A DNA stretch of 61,524 nucleotides from Pyrinomonadaceae bacterium. GTDB lineage: Bacteria > Acidobacteriota > Blastocatellia > Pyrinomonadales > Pyrinomonadaceae. Within the stretch, counting starts at the first letter, position 1. Every line of letters begins with the position of its first letter. The stretch lies in the NCBI GenBank assembly GCA_035275005.1, contig DATENQ010000564.1:1-61524 (forward strand). The letters run 5' to 3'. A model generated the notes under the pieces. It made no database searches, was not told the DNA's origin, and worked only from the letters and a program-made list of their open reading frames with translations. Position numbers and translations under genes: made by a program. This document shows, in pieces, positions 25,721-34,018 of the stretch.

Positions 25721-27421
25721 TCAATCCGTGTTATGTAGACTGCCGGAAGCGACTTTCACCTTCCGCGATCCAACGAATTGACTCGCGAGCATCGCGGCAA
25801 CAATCGCAATCAGAATGAACTCCGGTGTAAACCAACCAGTGTTGGATTTTGCTGTGTCAGATCCGACCGTGAGTAGTGTTAGCCCAACCAGGAGCAGCGA
25901 TGCGATTCGAAGCGGAAGCTCACGGTGCTTGTCTTCACCTGTCACACTCGGAATGTCGGTGTAGGCCTTCATCTGGCCGGAGGCTAAATTGCTGAGAGCT
26001 TGCCATGCTCTAAGCGCGCCGTCCGTCATGAGACTACTACCCGAGCTGGCCCATGCAGCCATCGTGCTGTAGCTGAACACTGCACTCCGCGCATGCCACT
26101 TCAGATGGCGCTGGCAGATCAACTCGAGGTGCCGGCCGAGATCGAAATCCGGCGCAACGCGAGTGATTAATCCGTCAATAGCGATGGCTGAGCGGATGTA
26201 CTTGACTACGTCCCGTTCCGGATAGATGCCGGTCTCTCGAGAGAGCATGAGCATGTCAAGCATCACGAGCGTCGCGTTTTTCTTCAGCCGCCGTGAATTC
26301 CCGACAGTCTCGTACCACTGTTTATTCAATTGCCTCATTCCGTGGCGGAACCCCTCGACATCCGACTTTTCGTTAACCGTTGAAATCTTAAAAAAGGCAG
26401 CGCACATTGCTTCCAGATCGCCGCGTCCGAGCGCCATCGTCAGTGAGACGATGTTCTGTCGCGAGTAACGACTCAGCATTCCAGTAATGCCAAAATCCAC
26501 ATACCCGACAACACTGTCCGGCAGAATCATCAGGTTGGCTGGATGTAAATCGGCGTGAAACATGCCGAACCGGTATGCATCGCTGAGGAAATTCTCCAGA
26601 ATGTTGTAAACGAATTGATCCGGGTTGAATCCCTTAGCCTCTAACCTCTTGATAGTGAACTCGTCGCCTGTCTTTATCGCCCGAAGGTAGTCAAGCAAGT
26701 TCAAGCCGTCGATAAATTCGACTACCAATGTGCGGCGCGAAACGTAGTCAGCGAAAACTTTGGGAACACATTCGTGCGGATTTCCCCGCGCGATACGACG
26801 CTGTTGCTCCATGTAACGAGCCTCGCGCCGGTAGTCGAGTTCCTCACTGGTCCAGGTGACAAACTCGCTCGTTGGTTCGATCAACCAATAGAACATTTTT
26901 AAATGCAGGCGCCGGATGAGACGAATGAACGAATTCATCAAACGAATGTCGCCGTTGAAGTCTGTATCGACGTTGGGACGTTGAACTTTTACCGCCACCT
27001 TTTGACCGTGAAGTCGTGCAATGTGCACCTGACCAATGGAAGCGGTGGCGATAGGTTCGATCTCAATGTGATCAAAAATCTCGTGTGGTGATTTTCCAAA
27101 CTCTGTTACAAATGTCCGCTCGACATGAGCGAACGGAAAAGGTGCAACGCGGTCCAGGAGGTTGAAGAGAGCATTGCAGTATTCGACCGGAAGAATGTCT
27201 GGTTGAAGCGCCAGCATCTGGCCAAACTTAATGAATGTGCCGCCCATGTCTTCGACCATTGCGCGCAGACGCTCCGGTCCGGAAAGCTTAGTCACCGCTA
27301 AATGAGGCTCGAGTTTGGGCCAGCGATTGACGGCGAGCGTTAGCGCGTACGCCAGCACATGTCTGACGATCACTTTTACAAGATGCGCTAGTCGCCGAAT
27401 ACTGGAACCGAAGAACATCAA
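25721..27421 (-). CDS. ABC1/UbiB-family atypical kinase with C-terminal TM segments
   Basis: MGGTFIKFGQMLALQPDILP, ASIGQVHIARLHGQKVAVKVQRP, FHADLHPANLMI, VDFGITG. Start overlaps the upstream stop. Confidence 0.85.
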   Translation of the reverse strand: MMFFGSSIRRLAHLVKVIVRHVLAYALTLAVNRWPKLEPHLAVTKLSGPERLRAMVEDMGGTFIKFGQMLALQPDILPVEYCNALFNLLDRVAPFPFAHVERTFVTEFGKSPHEIFDHIEIEPIATASIGQVHIARLHGQKVAVKVQRPNVDTDFNGDIRLMNSFIRLIRRLHLKMFYWLIEPTSEFVTWTSEELDYRREARYMEQQRRIARGNPHECVPKVFADYVSRRTLVVEFIDGLNLLDYLRAIKTGDEFTIKRLEAKGFNPDQFVYNILENFLSDAYRFGMFHADLHPANLMILPDSVVGYVDFGITGMLSRYSRQNIVSLTMALGRGDLEAMCAAFFKISTVNEKSDVEGFRHGMRQLNKQWYETVGNSRRLKKNATLVMLDMLMLSRETGIYPERDVVKYIRSAIAIDGLITRVAPDFDLGRHLELICQRHLKWHARSAVFSYSTMAAWASSGSSLMTDGALRAWQALSNLASGQMKAYTDIPSVTGEDKHRELPLRIASLLLVGLTLLTVGSDTAKSNTGWFTPEFILIAIVAAMLASQFVGSRKVKVASGSLHNTD

Positions 27422-29043
27422 CTCGCCTCCTGCTCAAACACCGACCCGAAGAAAATCGACTTGCGCCGGCTGAGGATGCTTTCAATAGCTTCCTCCATCC
27501 TGCTTCTCACCTCTACGCTGATAGCGCGCACAGTTGCCGGATCAGCAGCCGCTTCGGGTGGGTACACATCTTTGATTTCGATCGGTGAGAGAAATTGCGT
27601 GTGCCACTTTGACGGCAGCGGCAGTGGTGACAGTGTCAACGGCAGACACGGCCACTCAGTCCGGCGCTTCCACCACTCCCACTCAAACTTTTTCACAATC
27701 GGAAGAATCTCGGCGCTTCCAATGGTGACGAAGGGAACGATGGGCGCCTGATGACGAAGTGCCATCTTCACGAAGTCGTTGCGCCCAAACTTTTGCAGGC
27801 GATACGCATCGCGGTAGAGTGAGAACGCACCTTTGATACCTTCGGGGAAGACACCTAACAACTCACCGCGATTGAGCATTCGATCGGCGTTGTCCTGACA
27901 AGCGATGACGCCACCCAGCTTAGTCAGGAAGTTAAAGCAGAACGGCATCTTTACAAGCCCCGGGGCCATCAGGAAGCGCGGGCAGCGACCGATGAGTCTA
28001 AATAGCTGTTGTATGAGCATGATGCCGTCCCATGGCATGAAGCCGCGATGCATCCCTACCAACACGGCAGGACCTTCGCGCGGGATCTGCTCAAGCCCCT
28101 TGAGCTCAATTCGCCAGTAGTAATGTTCAAGGAACTTGAAAACAGTTCGGCCCAGGGCTGAGACGTAGCGCGTATCCATTCCGAAATCGTCGAACTGCGT
28201 TTCAACATCCACCGGCAGATGATTTTTTGTGGCGACGCTAAATTCAGCCAACGCTGCCGCGCTCGAATGAGTTGGCTCGAATCCAAGTTGGTGTTTAATC
28301 TTTTCGTCCGAGACGCTCCACGAGTAGCGGATGTAATCGAGTTGTTCAACCGGATGGGCCAGCCGAAGAGGATTCATTACCGCGCGAGCCGGCCGCTGCA
28401 GAATGCGCGGCACGGGGAGACGTTTTACATGAGCGAGGCGTAAGGCTTTGCGCAGTGGTATCACGCTACGAGGGGCAACGTTAAAGACCCCCTCAGATCT
28501 TCGCTCAATGGCGCACTTCACCGCGTCTGCAAGATCGCCCGGACTGAGTAGTTGCAGCGAGGGTTCATGGCCTGGAAGCGTGATGGCTAAGCGACCTCGG
28601 AATAGGCGCGTGAAATAGTCTTCACTGCCATGCGCAAGCACCGCCGCGGGACGAAGGATCGCGAGAGCAACACCCTTACTCAATTGTTTCTCGGCAAGCT
28701 GCTCGAGCCTGGTCCATGCGCGGGCAATCCTGAACCTGTCTTCTTTCAACAGCGCACGCGTTTCGCGAATAAGACCAGGATTTTGCGGCGTGGCACCGTA
28801 AATTGCAGCGCTGGATATCAAAACGAATTGTTTGATGCCGGCGCACGCGCACTGCCGGAAGATTGCTTTTGCGTCTGCAAGATCAGGGACGTCTTCTCGG
28901 CGGGACAAGGGCGGTGAATAAACAACACAATCAACTGGTTCCCCATCGAACGATCGCAATTCGACAACATGGTTTTCACGCAAGCGCTCAACCAGCAACC
29001 TTGCTACTTCTGCTCGATGCTCGATAACAACGACTTTGCTCAT
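27418..29043 (-). CDS. fusion: epimerase/dehydratase-like (extended-SDR-like) N-domain + PlsC-type acyltransferase C-domain
   Basis: N-domain: FVLISSAAIYGATPQNPG. No obvious GxxGxxG. C-domain: VGMHRGFMPWDG (H..D block), FPEGIKGAF (FPEG block), APIVPFVTIGSAE. ATGA overlap with the upstream paralog. Confidence 0.65.
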   Translation of the reverse strand: MSKVVVIEHRAEVARLLVERLRENHVVELRSFDGEPVDCVVYSPPLSRREDVPDLADAKAIFRQCACAGIKQFVLISSAAIYGATPQNPGLIRETRALLKEDRFRIARAWTRLEQLAEKQLSKGVALAILRPAAVLAHGSEDYFTRLFRGRLAITLPGHEPSLQLLSPGDLADAVKCAIERRSEGVFNVAPRSVIPLRKALRLAHVKRLPVPRILQRPARAVMNPLRLAHPVEQLDYIRYSWSVSDEKIKHQLGFEPTHSSAAALAEFSVATKNHLPVDVETQFDDFGMDTRYVSALGRTVFKFLEHYYWRIELKGLEQIPREGPAVLVGMHRGFMPWDGIMLIQQLFRLIGRCPRFLMAPGLVKMPFCFNFLTKLGGVIACQDNADRMLNRGELLGVFPEGIKGAFSLYRDAYRLQKFGRNDFVKMALRHQAPIVPFVTIGSAEILPIVKKFEWEWWKRRTEWPCLPLTLSPLPLPSKWHTQFLSPIEIKDVYPPEAAADPATVRAISVEVRSRMEEAIESILSRRKSIFFGSVFEQEAS

Positions 29044-30815
29044 CTGTTACCAACTCTCACTCGGGAAGGTAGTTGTCTTCCATAACCCATATCCTGATGG
29101 CTCCGTTCGTCGTCGAAAATAGATCCGAAAAAGATCGACTTACGCCGGCGCAGCATCTCCGCAATCGCTTGTTCCATCCGGCTCCTGACTTCCTGGCTGA
29201 TTGCGCTCACCACTTGCGCGTCGTCCGCGGCTTCGGGCGGGAAACGGTCTTCGATGTGCAACGGCTCCAGGAATTGCGTGTGCCATTTCGAAGGCAGCGG
29301 AATCGCCCCCAGGAAGGGCCAGGTCGGCGTGATCGGAAACGTGGGCCACTCGGTGTTGCGCTTCCACCAGGCCCAGTTGACTTTTTTGAGTATCGGAAAA
29401 ATCTCCGCACTGCCGACTGTCACAAAAGGAACTATCGGCGCGCGATGGCGCAGCGCGATCTTGACGAATTCGTCACGACCAAACTTCGTCAGCTTGTAAG
29501 CATCACGATAAGGCAGGAACGCGCCTTTGATGCCTTCCGGAAAGATCCCAACGATCTCGTCGCGCTTGAGCACAAAGTCCGCATTCTCCTGACAGGCGAT
29601 GACGCCGCCGAGCTTCGTATGAAAGTTGAAGAGAAATGGAAACTTGATCAGTCCGGGATGAATTAGAAACCTGACATAGCGGCCAACATTTCGAACAATG
29701 AGATGAAGCGCCATGACCGCATCCCACGGCATGAAACCCCGATGCACGCCAACCAGGACCGCGCGTCCCTCACGCGGCAGGTAATGAAGATCTTTGACCT
29801 CGACACGCCAGTAATAGTCGTGCAGAAACTTAAACATCCGTCGGCCATAGAGCTCGATATACCGCTGGTCCATTCCGTAATCATCGAATTCCAGCGACGG
29901 CAATCGATGTGACTTGAGATGACCGGCTTCCGCGATGCGAAAGTCTCGCAATGCTTCAACACTGGAGCGACATGGCGCCCACTTCAGCTCACGTTTAATC
30001 TTCCGATTGGAGATGGTCCAGGAATAACGTATGTAGTCCAACTGTTCGATCGGATGCGCTAAACCCAAATGAGTCAGCGAACGGCGCGCGATTCGCTGGA
30101 CCGTGCGCGATACCGGCAACCGTTTTGCTTCGCTGAGTCGCAGGGCGGCACGCAGAGTAATCACTCCATCGGGCGCTACGTTGAAAACTCCGCCGGCCCG
30201 GTTCGCGACCACGGTACATATCGCGCCGGCGAGATCGATCGGGCTGAGCAATTGAATGGTCGGATCGTGGCCCGGCAACGCGAAAACAAATCTTTGTCTG
30301 TAGAGATCACTGAAATAGTCATCGCCTCCGACTACCAGTACAGCGGCAGCGCGCAGGATATTCAGCTCGATGTTCATGCCGGAGAGTTCGCCCAAATAGG
30401 CGGCTGCGAGCGCTTCGAGATCGAGCCAGTCTCTGGTTATTCGTTTCTTGTCGCTGCGCGGGATAACGTGTGCTTCAGAAATGAAACCGGGATTGTGAGG
30501 GCTGGCTCCATAGATCATCGCGCTCGACAAAAGAACAAACTTCCTGATGCCCGCGCGAGCGCATTGCTGAAAAACCGACTCCGCGTCTTCCAGATCGAGA
30601 CGGCGGCGATTGCGGCCCGGCGGTGGAGCGTAGACGACAGTATCGATTTCATGTTCCTGTAGCATCGTCGACAGACCACCGCTCAAGTGACCACCGAAGC
30701 CGTCTTCTTTCTGCGGTGCACGCACGCAAAACTCGACCAATTTACGGTGGCGAAGATTGCTCACGATCAATTCCGCCACAGTTTCTCGATCTTCGATCAC
30801 GATGACTCTTGCCAT
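29040..30815 (-). CDS. fusion: epimerase/dehydratase-like N-domain + PlsC-type acyltransferase C-domain (paralog)
   Basis: Collinear with the 27418 gene: FVLLSSAMIYGASPHNPG, VGVHRGFMPWDA, FPEGIKGAF, APIVPFVTVGSAE. Confidence 0.65.
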   Translation of the reverse strand: MARVIVIEDRETVAELIVSNLRHRKLVEFCVRAPQKEDGFGGHLSGGLSTMLQEHEIDTVVYAPPPGRNRRRLDLEDAESVFQQCARAGIRKFVLLSSAMIYGASPHNPGFISEAHVIPRSDKKRITRDWLDLEALAAAYLGELSGMNIELNILRAAAVLVVGGDDYFSDLYRQRFVFALPGHDPTIQLLSPIDLAGAICTVVANRAGGVFNVAPDGVITLRAALRLSEAKRLPVSRTVQRIARRSLTHLGLAHPIEQLDYIRYSWTISNRKIKRELKWAPCRSSVEALRDFRIAEAGHLKSHRLPSLEFDDYGMDQRYIELYGRRMFKFLHDYYWRVEVKDLHYLPREGRAVLVGVHRGFMPWDAVMALHLIVRNVGRYVRFLIHPGLIKFPFLFNFHTKLGGVIACQENADFVLKRDEIVGIFPEGIKGAFLPYRDAYKLTKFGRDEFVKIALRHRAPIVPFVTVGSAEIFPILKKVNWAWWKRNTEWPTFPITPTWPFLGAIPLPSKWHTQFLEPLHIEDRFPPEAADDAQVVSAISQEVRSRMEQAIAEMLRRRKSIFFGSIFDDERSHQDMGYGRQLPSRVRVGNR

Positions 30816-30851
30816 TTGACTGTTTGCCTCAAATGCGACGTAAACCCGACA

Positions 30852-31529
30852 CTACCGCGTTGCGGTACTGACCCGATCCCCTGTCGACAACTGCTTGGCG
30901 GGGCGCGGAAGATCTAAAACTTGAAACTCTTTCCCTTCCGTAATGCGAATCAGGTGACGAGCTCCGATAGCCTGGTCCCCATCCTTTGTGAACTTTTCGA
31001 TCCTGCCTTTGGGCCAATGCACTGTCACAACATCAACCTGCGTCTTATCGCCGAGACCAAAATAAAGACGCGCACTCTGTTGCGACGCGAACCCCGAGCC
31101 CGCAGAAACGAGTCGTGTGAATTTTTGCCCGCCCGCTTCGACCGTTACCGACGCTCCGACCGCGTCACGATTGCTTTCGGTCCCGCGTAACTCGATGGCG
31201 AGCCAGTTGCGACGTTCACCTACGTTGTTGCGAAGCAACGTCGCTCGCGAGAGTTCGGCGCGGCCGGAGTCGCCGGGATTGTTGTTGATGACGACGTCCA
31301 GGTCGCCATCGTTGTCGAAATCGGCAGTTGCCGTCCCGCGCGCATCGCGTATGTCGTCTGCGCCTGTGGCCATCGCCACGTCCGTGAATTGCAGCTTGCC
31401 ATCCGGTGCTGGTCCTTCGTTACGCAGCAGCACGTTGTGCTCATAACCGTTCCAGGAAATGTCGCCGCGAAATTCGTCCCGATAAAACTTGCCCGTCTTG
31501 TAATCGTTAATGTGCGCGACCGCGCTCAA
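30852..31529 (-). CDS. CRTAC1-family protein 2, segment downstream of the in-frame TGA (last FG-GAP repeat + UnbV/ASPIC domain)
   Basis: Same frame as 31542..33389; the open frame actually runs from 31541. DFDNDGDLDVVINN, WLAIELRGTESNRDAVGASVTVEAGG, SGFASQQSARLYFGLG. The TTG at 31529 is only the track's first start-like codon. Confidence 0.7.
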   Translation of the reverse strand: MSAVAHINDYKTGKFYRDEFRGDISWNGYEHNVLLRNEGPAPDGKLQFTDVAMATGADDIRDARGTATADFDNDGDLDVVINNNPGDSGRAELSRATLLRNNVGERRNWLAIELRGTESNRDAVGASVTVEAGGQKFTRLVSAGSGFASQQSARLYFGLGDKTQVDVVTVHWPKGRIEKFTKDGDQAIGARHLIRITEGKEFQVLDLPRPAKQLSTGDRVSTATR

Positions 31530-31544
31530 GATGTAGGGCAGTCA
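31511..31544 (-). other. in-frame UGA (31544-31542) plus downstream hairpin GCGC-GGUC-GCGC: candidate SECIS/recoding signal
   Basis: Minus strand reads GAT CTT TGA CTG CCC TAC ATC TTG AGC GCG GTC GCG CAC ATT. The core stem GCGC/GCGC with a GGUC loop lies at +20..+31 and can be extended by G18-C33 and U17-A34. Confidence 0.45.
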
Positions 31545-33389
31545 AAGATCCTGTGTGCTCTTGGAAGTGATCCAGCCGTTAGAGGCGTAGATATCCTGAT
31601 AACCATCGTTGTCGTAATCAAACATCGTCGAGCCCCAGTACCAGCCAAACGGATTGGTGCTCGTCGCCTCCGAGACGTCTGTGAACCTTCCCTTCCCGTC
31701 ATTCAGATAAAGCGCGTTGCCTTTTACTGTTCTATCTCCATAGGTGCTCCAGTCAGTGCCAACATGGTTGTAGATCTCCTTGTAGACAGGAAAGTCTTCG
31801 AGGATCGTTCTCTGGCGTACACTCGTCACGAGATACTTGTGAAGCGTCGCCGCCTGGCCATACCAACGCTGGCCCGAATGAACGTCGGAGACGTACATGT
31901 CCAGATCGCCGTCGTTGTCGATGTCGCCCCAGGTCGCGCTCATGCCATAGCCCGGATCGAAAGCGTTCGCTTCTTTGGACACGTCGGTGAAAGTGCCGTT
32001 GCCGTTATTTCGCAAGAGTGCGTCGCGCCCGAAGTCGTTGGCGACATACATGTCGAGATCCCCGTCGTTGTCGTAGTCACCCCACGCGACACCGAGCGTG
32101 AGACCGGTTTCGTTAATTCCCGCTTCCTTCGTGACGTCCGTGAAATGAAAGTTTCCGTCGTTGCGAAACAGACGGTTGCCTTCGCCGTTGCGCGTGTAGA
32201 AGAGCGTCGTGGGAAGATGCTTGCGCGGATCCAGGTAACGCCCGGTGTAGAGATCGAGATCGCCGTCGTTGTCGTAATCGGCCGCGGCGGCGACAACAAC
32301 GAAATCACCGTCACCGTGTTTGACGATTCCCGAGGAGTCAGTAACTTCGACGAACTTGCGGCGGGATGGCTGCTGAGGATCGGCAGGCACGTTCTTGAAG
32401 ACGCGGCTTCTATCAGTGAAGCAGCCGAAGTAGGCGTCTTTGTACCCGTCGTTGTCGAAGTCTGCAAAGATGCCGACATTGACGCCCGCCATTTTTTCCG
32501 GCAGACCCGCTTCGACGGTTGCATCCACGAAAGAGCCGTCACCACGGTTGCGATAGAGACGCGGTTGCGCGCCATCCGCGAAGAAGATGTCGTACCAGCC
32601 ATCGTTATCGTAATCGACCGCCGAGACTCCCGCCGGGCCATACTTGATGATCTCGAATGTCTTTGGCTTCCATGCAGGCGTGAAGAAATTCGGATTGAAG
32701 CGTGAGGCGAAATCGATACCGGCGCTCGAGTTGGCGCCGTCCGGTTCCGTCGCGTAGAAACTCGATCGTCCCCAGAGATCCGTGAACCCGCGGCGATCGC
32801 CTGTAACAGTTGTTCCGCGAATCAACTCCTGCCGGTGAATCTTCCAACTATTGCCATAGGCGCGCAGCCACATGCGGAAGAGCACCTGTGTTTCAAATGC
32901 TTCTTTGCTCTTGCCGTCGCTCGTGGTACGTGTGCCACGCAACCAAAGAAACGAGCGAATGATCGCGTCTCGATCGCTGTCAATTTGTTCGACTGAGTCG
33001 AGTTTGAGTTTTGCCTCGTCGACTGTGCTTATTGTCTTGAAGTAGCGATCAACCTCGTCCGCCATCTCGCGCTTGTTGGTAGTTCTCTCGACCGCTGGTT
33101 TCCACTTGTAAACGCGCACACCGTCGCGCTCAGACTGAAGCTGCTCTTCAGAAAATCCCTCATGGACTCCCGAGTAGTTGTCGTCATAACAGGAGAGGAC
33201 TTGTGCAACGTCAAATTTCTCTACGCCGGTGCGATACTCACTCAGAACCTTCTGCGCCGCCTGACCCAGTTGAGCGAGCTGCTGCGCATTCGCCTCAATC
33301 TGGTCGAGCTTCAGCTTGGCCATCAGGATAAGTATTAACAGCACAATCAGCGGTGAGCTGTAGAACACTCGTTTTTGTCTCTTCGACAT
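31542..33389 (-). CDS. CRTAC1-family protein 2, segment upstream of the in-frame TGA (TM anchor, NTF2-like domain, FG-GAP/VCBS repeats)
   Basis: RBS AGGAGAG. TM helix LIVLLILILMA. Repeats DYDNDGWYDIFF, DFDNDGYKDAYF, DYDNDGDLDLYT, DYDNDGDLDMYVAN, DIDNDGDLDMYVS, DYDNDGYQDIYAS. Ends ..GWITSKSTQDL-TGA. Confidence 0.8.
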   Translation of the reverse strand: MSKRQKRVFYSSPLIVLLILILMAKLKLDQIEANAQQLAQLGQAAQKVLSEYRTGVEKFDVAQVLSCYDDNYSGVHEGFSEEQLQSERDGVRVYKWKPAVERTTNKREMADEVDRYFKTISTVDEAKLKLDSVEQIDSDRDAIIRSFLWLRGTRTTSDGKSKEAFETQVLFRMWLRAYGNSWKIHRQELIRGTTVTGDRRGFTDLWGRSSFYATEPDGANSSAGIDFASRFNPNFFTPAWKPKTFEIIKYGPAGVSAVDYDNDGWYDIFFADGAQPRLYRNRGDGSFVDATVEAGLPEKMAGVNVGIFADFDNDGYKDAYFGCFTDRSRVFKNVPADPQQPSRRKFVEVTDSSGIVKHGDGDFVVVAAAADYDNDGDLDLYTGRYLDPRKHLPTTLFYTRNGEGNRLFRNDGNFHFTDVTKEAGINETGLTLGVAWGDYDNDGDLDMYVANDFGRDALLRNNGNGTFTDVSKEANAFDPGYGMSATWGDIDNDGDLDMYVSDVHSGQRWYGQAATLHKYLVTSVRQRTILEDFPVYKEIYNHVGTDWSTYGDRTVKGNALYLNDGKGRFTDVSEATSTNPFGWYWGSTMFDYDNDGYQDIYASNGWITSKSTQDL

Positions 33390-33402
33390 AAAACTCTCCT
33401 AT

Positions 33403-33444
33403 CCGCAGATCATCTCTGTGTAATCTGTGTAATCTGTGGATCAC
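33403..33444. repeat. REP-like imperfect palindrome of the gtaatc(t/c)g(t/c)gg family
   Basis: ccgcagatcatctctgtgtaatctgtgtaatctgtggatcac. Arms are ccgcagat / atctgtgg, with tandem ctgtgtaat units. It encodes the last residues (..PQITQITQR) and the stop of the CRTAC1-3 gene. Confidence 0.6.
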
Positions 33445-34015
33445 CTTCCTCGATGCGCACCTGCCGGCTGCCTTTCATCACGTTTGTAAGCTCCTGCCCT
33501 TCGAGGTGCTGCACGCGTCCACTCGGCCAGCGGATCTCAATCGCGTCGACGTGGTCCGCTTTCCCGAGGCCAAAGTGAAGCGGCAACATCATCTCTGACG
33601 CATAACCTGAGCCTGCTTCGACTTGCCGCATCATCTTTTTCCCTCCAGCCGTGAGCCATACGCAGGCGCCGATCGCATCGCGATTGCTTTCGGTCCCAAC
33701 CAATTTCAACTCAACCGAACTGCCTACTTTCTTCAGATTGTTCATATAAAGCACCGGCGTTTCGTTGTTGGCATTCATGACCAGGTCCAACCGCCCGTCG
33801 TTGTTGAAGTCGGCCACTGCAACACCACGGCCGTCCTTCACACTGTCAGAACCCGTTGGCCGCGCAATATCGATGAACTGCCCATCCCCGACATTCGCAA
33901 AGAGACACTTGTGCTCGTAACCGTTCCAGGAGTTCTCACCAACAAACTCGTGACTGAAGAAGAACCCCTGCTTGTACTTGTCAATGTGCGCGACCGCGCC
34001 CGATGTAAACGGGAG
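33410..34015 (-). CDS. CRTAC1-family protein 3, segment downstream of the in-frame TGA (last FG-GAP repeat + UnbV/ASPIC domain)
   Basis: The frame is open and continuous from 34015. The track ORF 33410..33841 is only its part after the first GTG. LPFTSGAVAHIDKYKQGFFFSHEFVGENSWNGYEH.., DFNNDGRLDLVMNAN, VELKLVGTESNRDAIGACVWLTAGG, SGYASEMMLPLHFGLG. Confidence 0.7.
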   Translation of the reverse strand, partial: LPFTSGAVAHIDKYKQGFFFSHEFVGENSWNGYEHKCLFANVGDGQFIDIARPTGSDSVKDGRGVAVADFNNDGRLDLVMNANNETPVLYMNNLKKVGSSVELKLVGTESNRDAIGACVWLTAGGKKMMRQVEAGSGYASEMMLPLHFGLGKADHVDAIEIRWPSGRVQHLEGQELTNVMKGSRQVRIEEGDPQITQITQR

Positions 34016-34018
34016 TCA
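33985..34018 (-). other. in-frame UGA (34018-34016) plus downstream hairpin GCGC-GGUC-GCGC: candidate SECIS/recoding signal
   Basis: Minus strand reads GAA GAT CTT TGA CTC CCG TTT ACA TCG GGC GCG GTC GCG CAC ATT. The 17 nt GCGCGGTCGCGCACATT sit at the same offset as in the paralog. Confidence 0.45.

Noticed and set aside
31389-32705. There is a 438-aa plus-strand ORF, and there are similar long plus-strand ORFs at 29073..29666, 30069..30662, 33623..34186 and 38109..38630.
   Set aside because: They are antisense shadows of well-supported minus-strand genes. Their translations are low-complexity (V/I/D/R runs mirroring the DxDxDG repeats) and have no motifs or RBSs.
33414-33441. Tandem ctgtgtaat units might be a CRISPR or VNTR array.
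   Set aside because: There are only about 2.5 copies of a 9-nt unit, with no spacers and no cas genes. The units are part of the dispersed palindromic element family.
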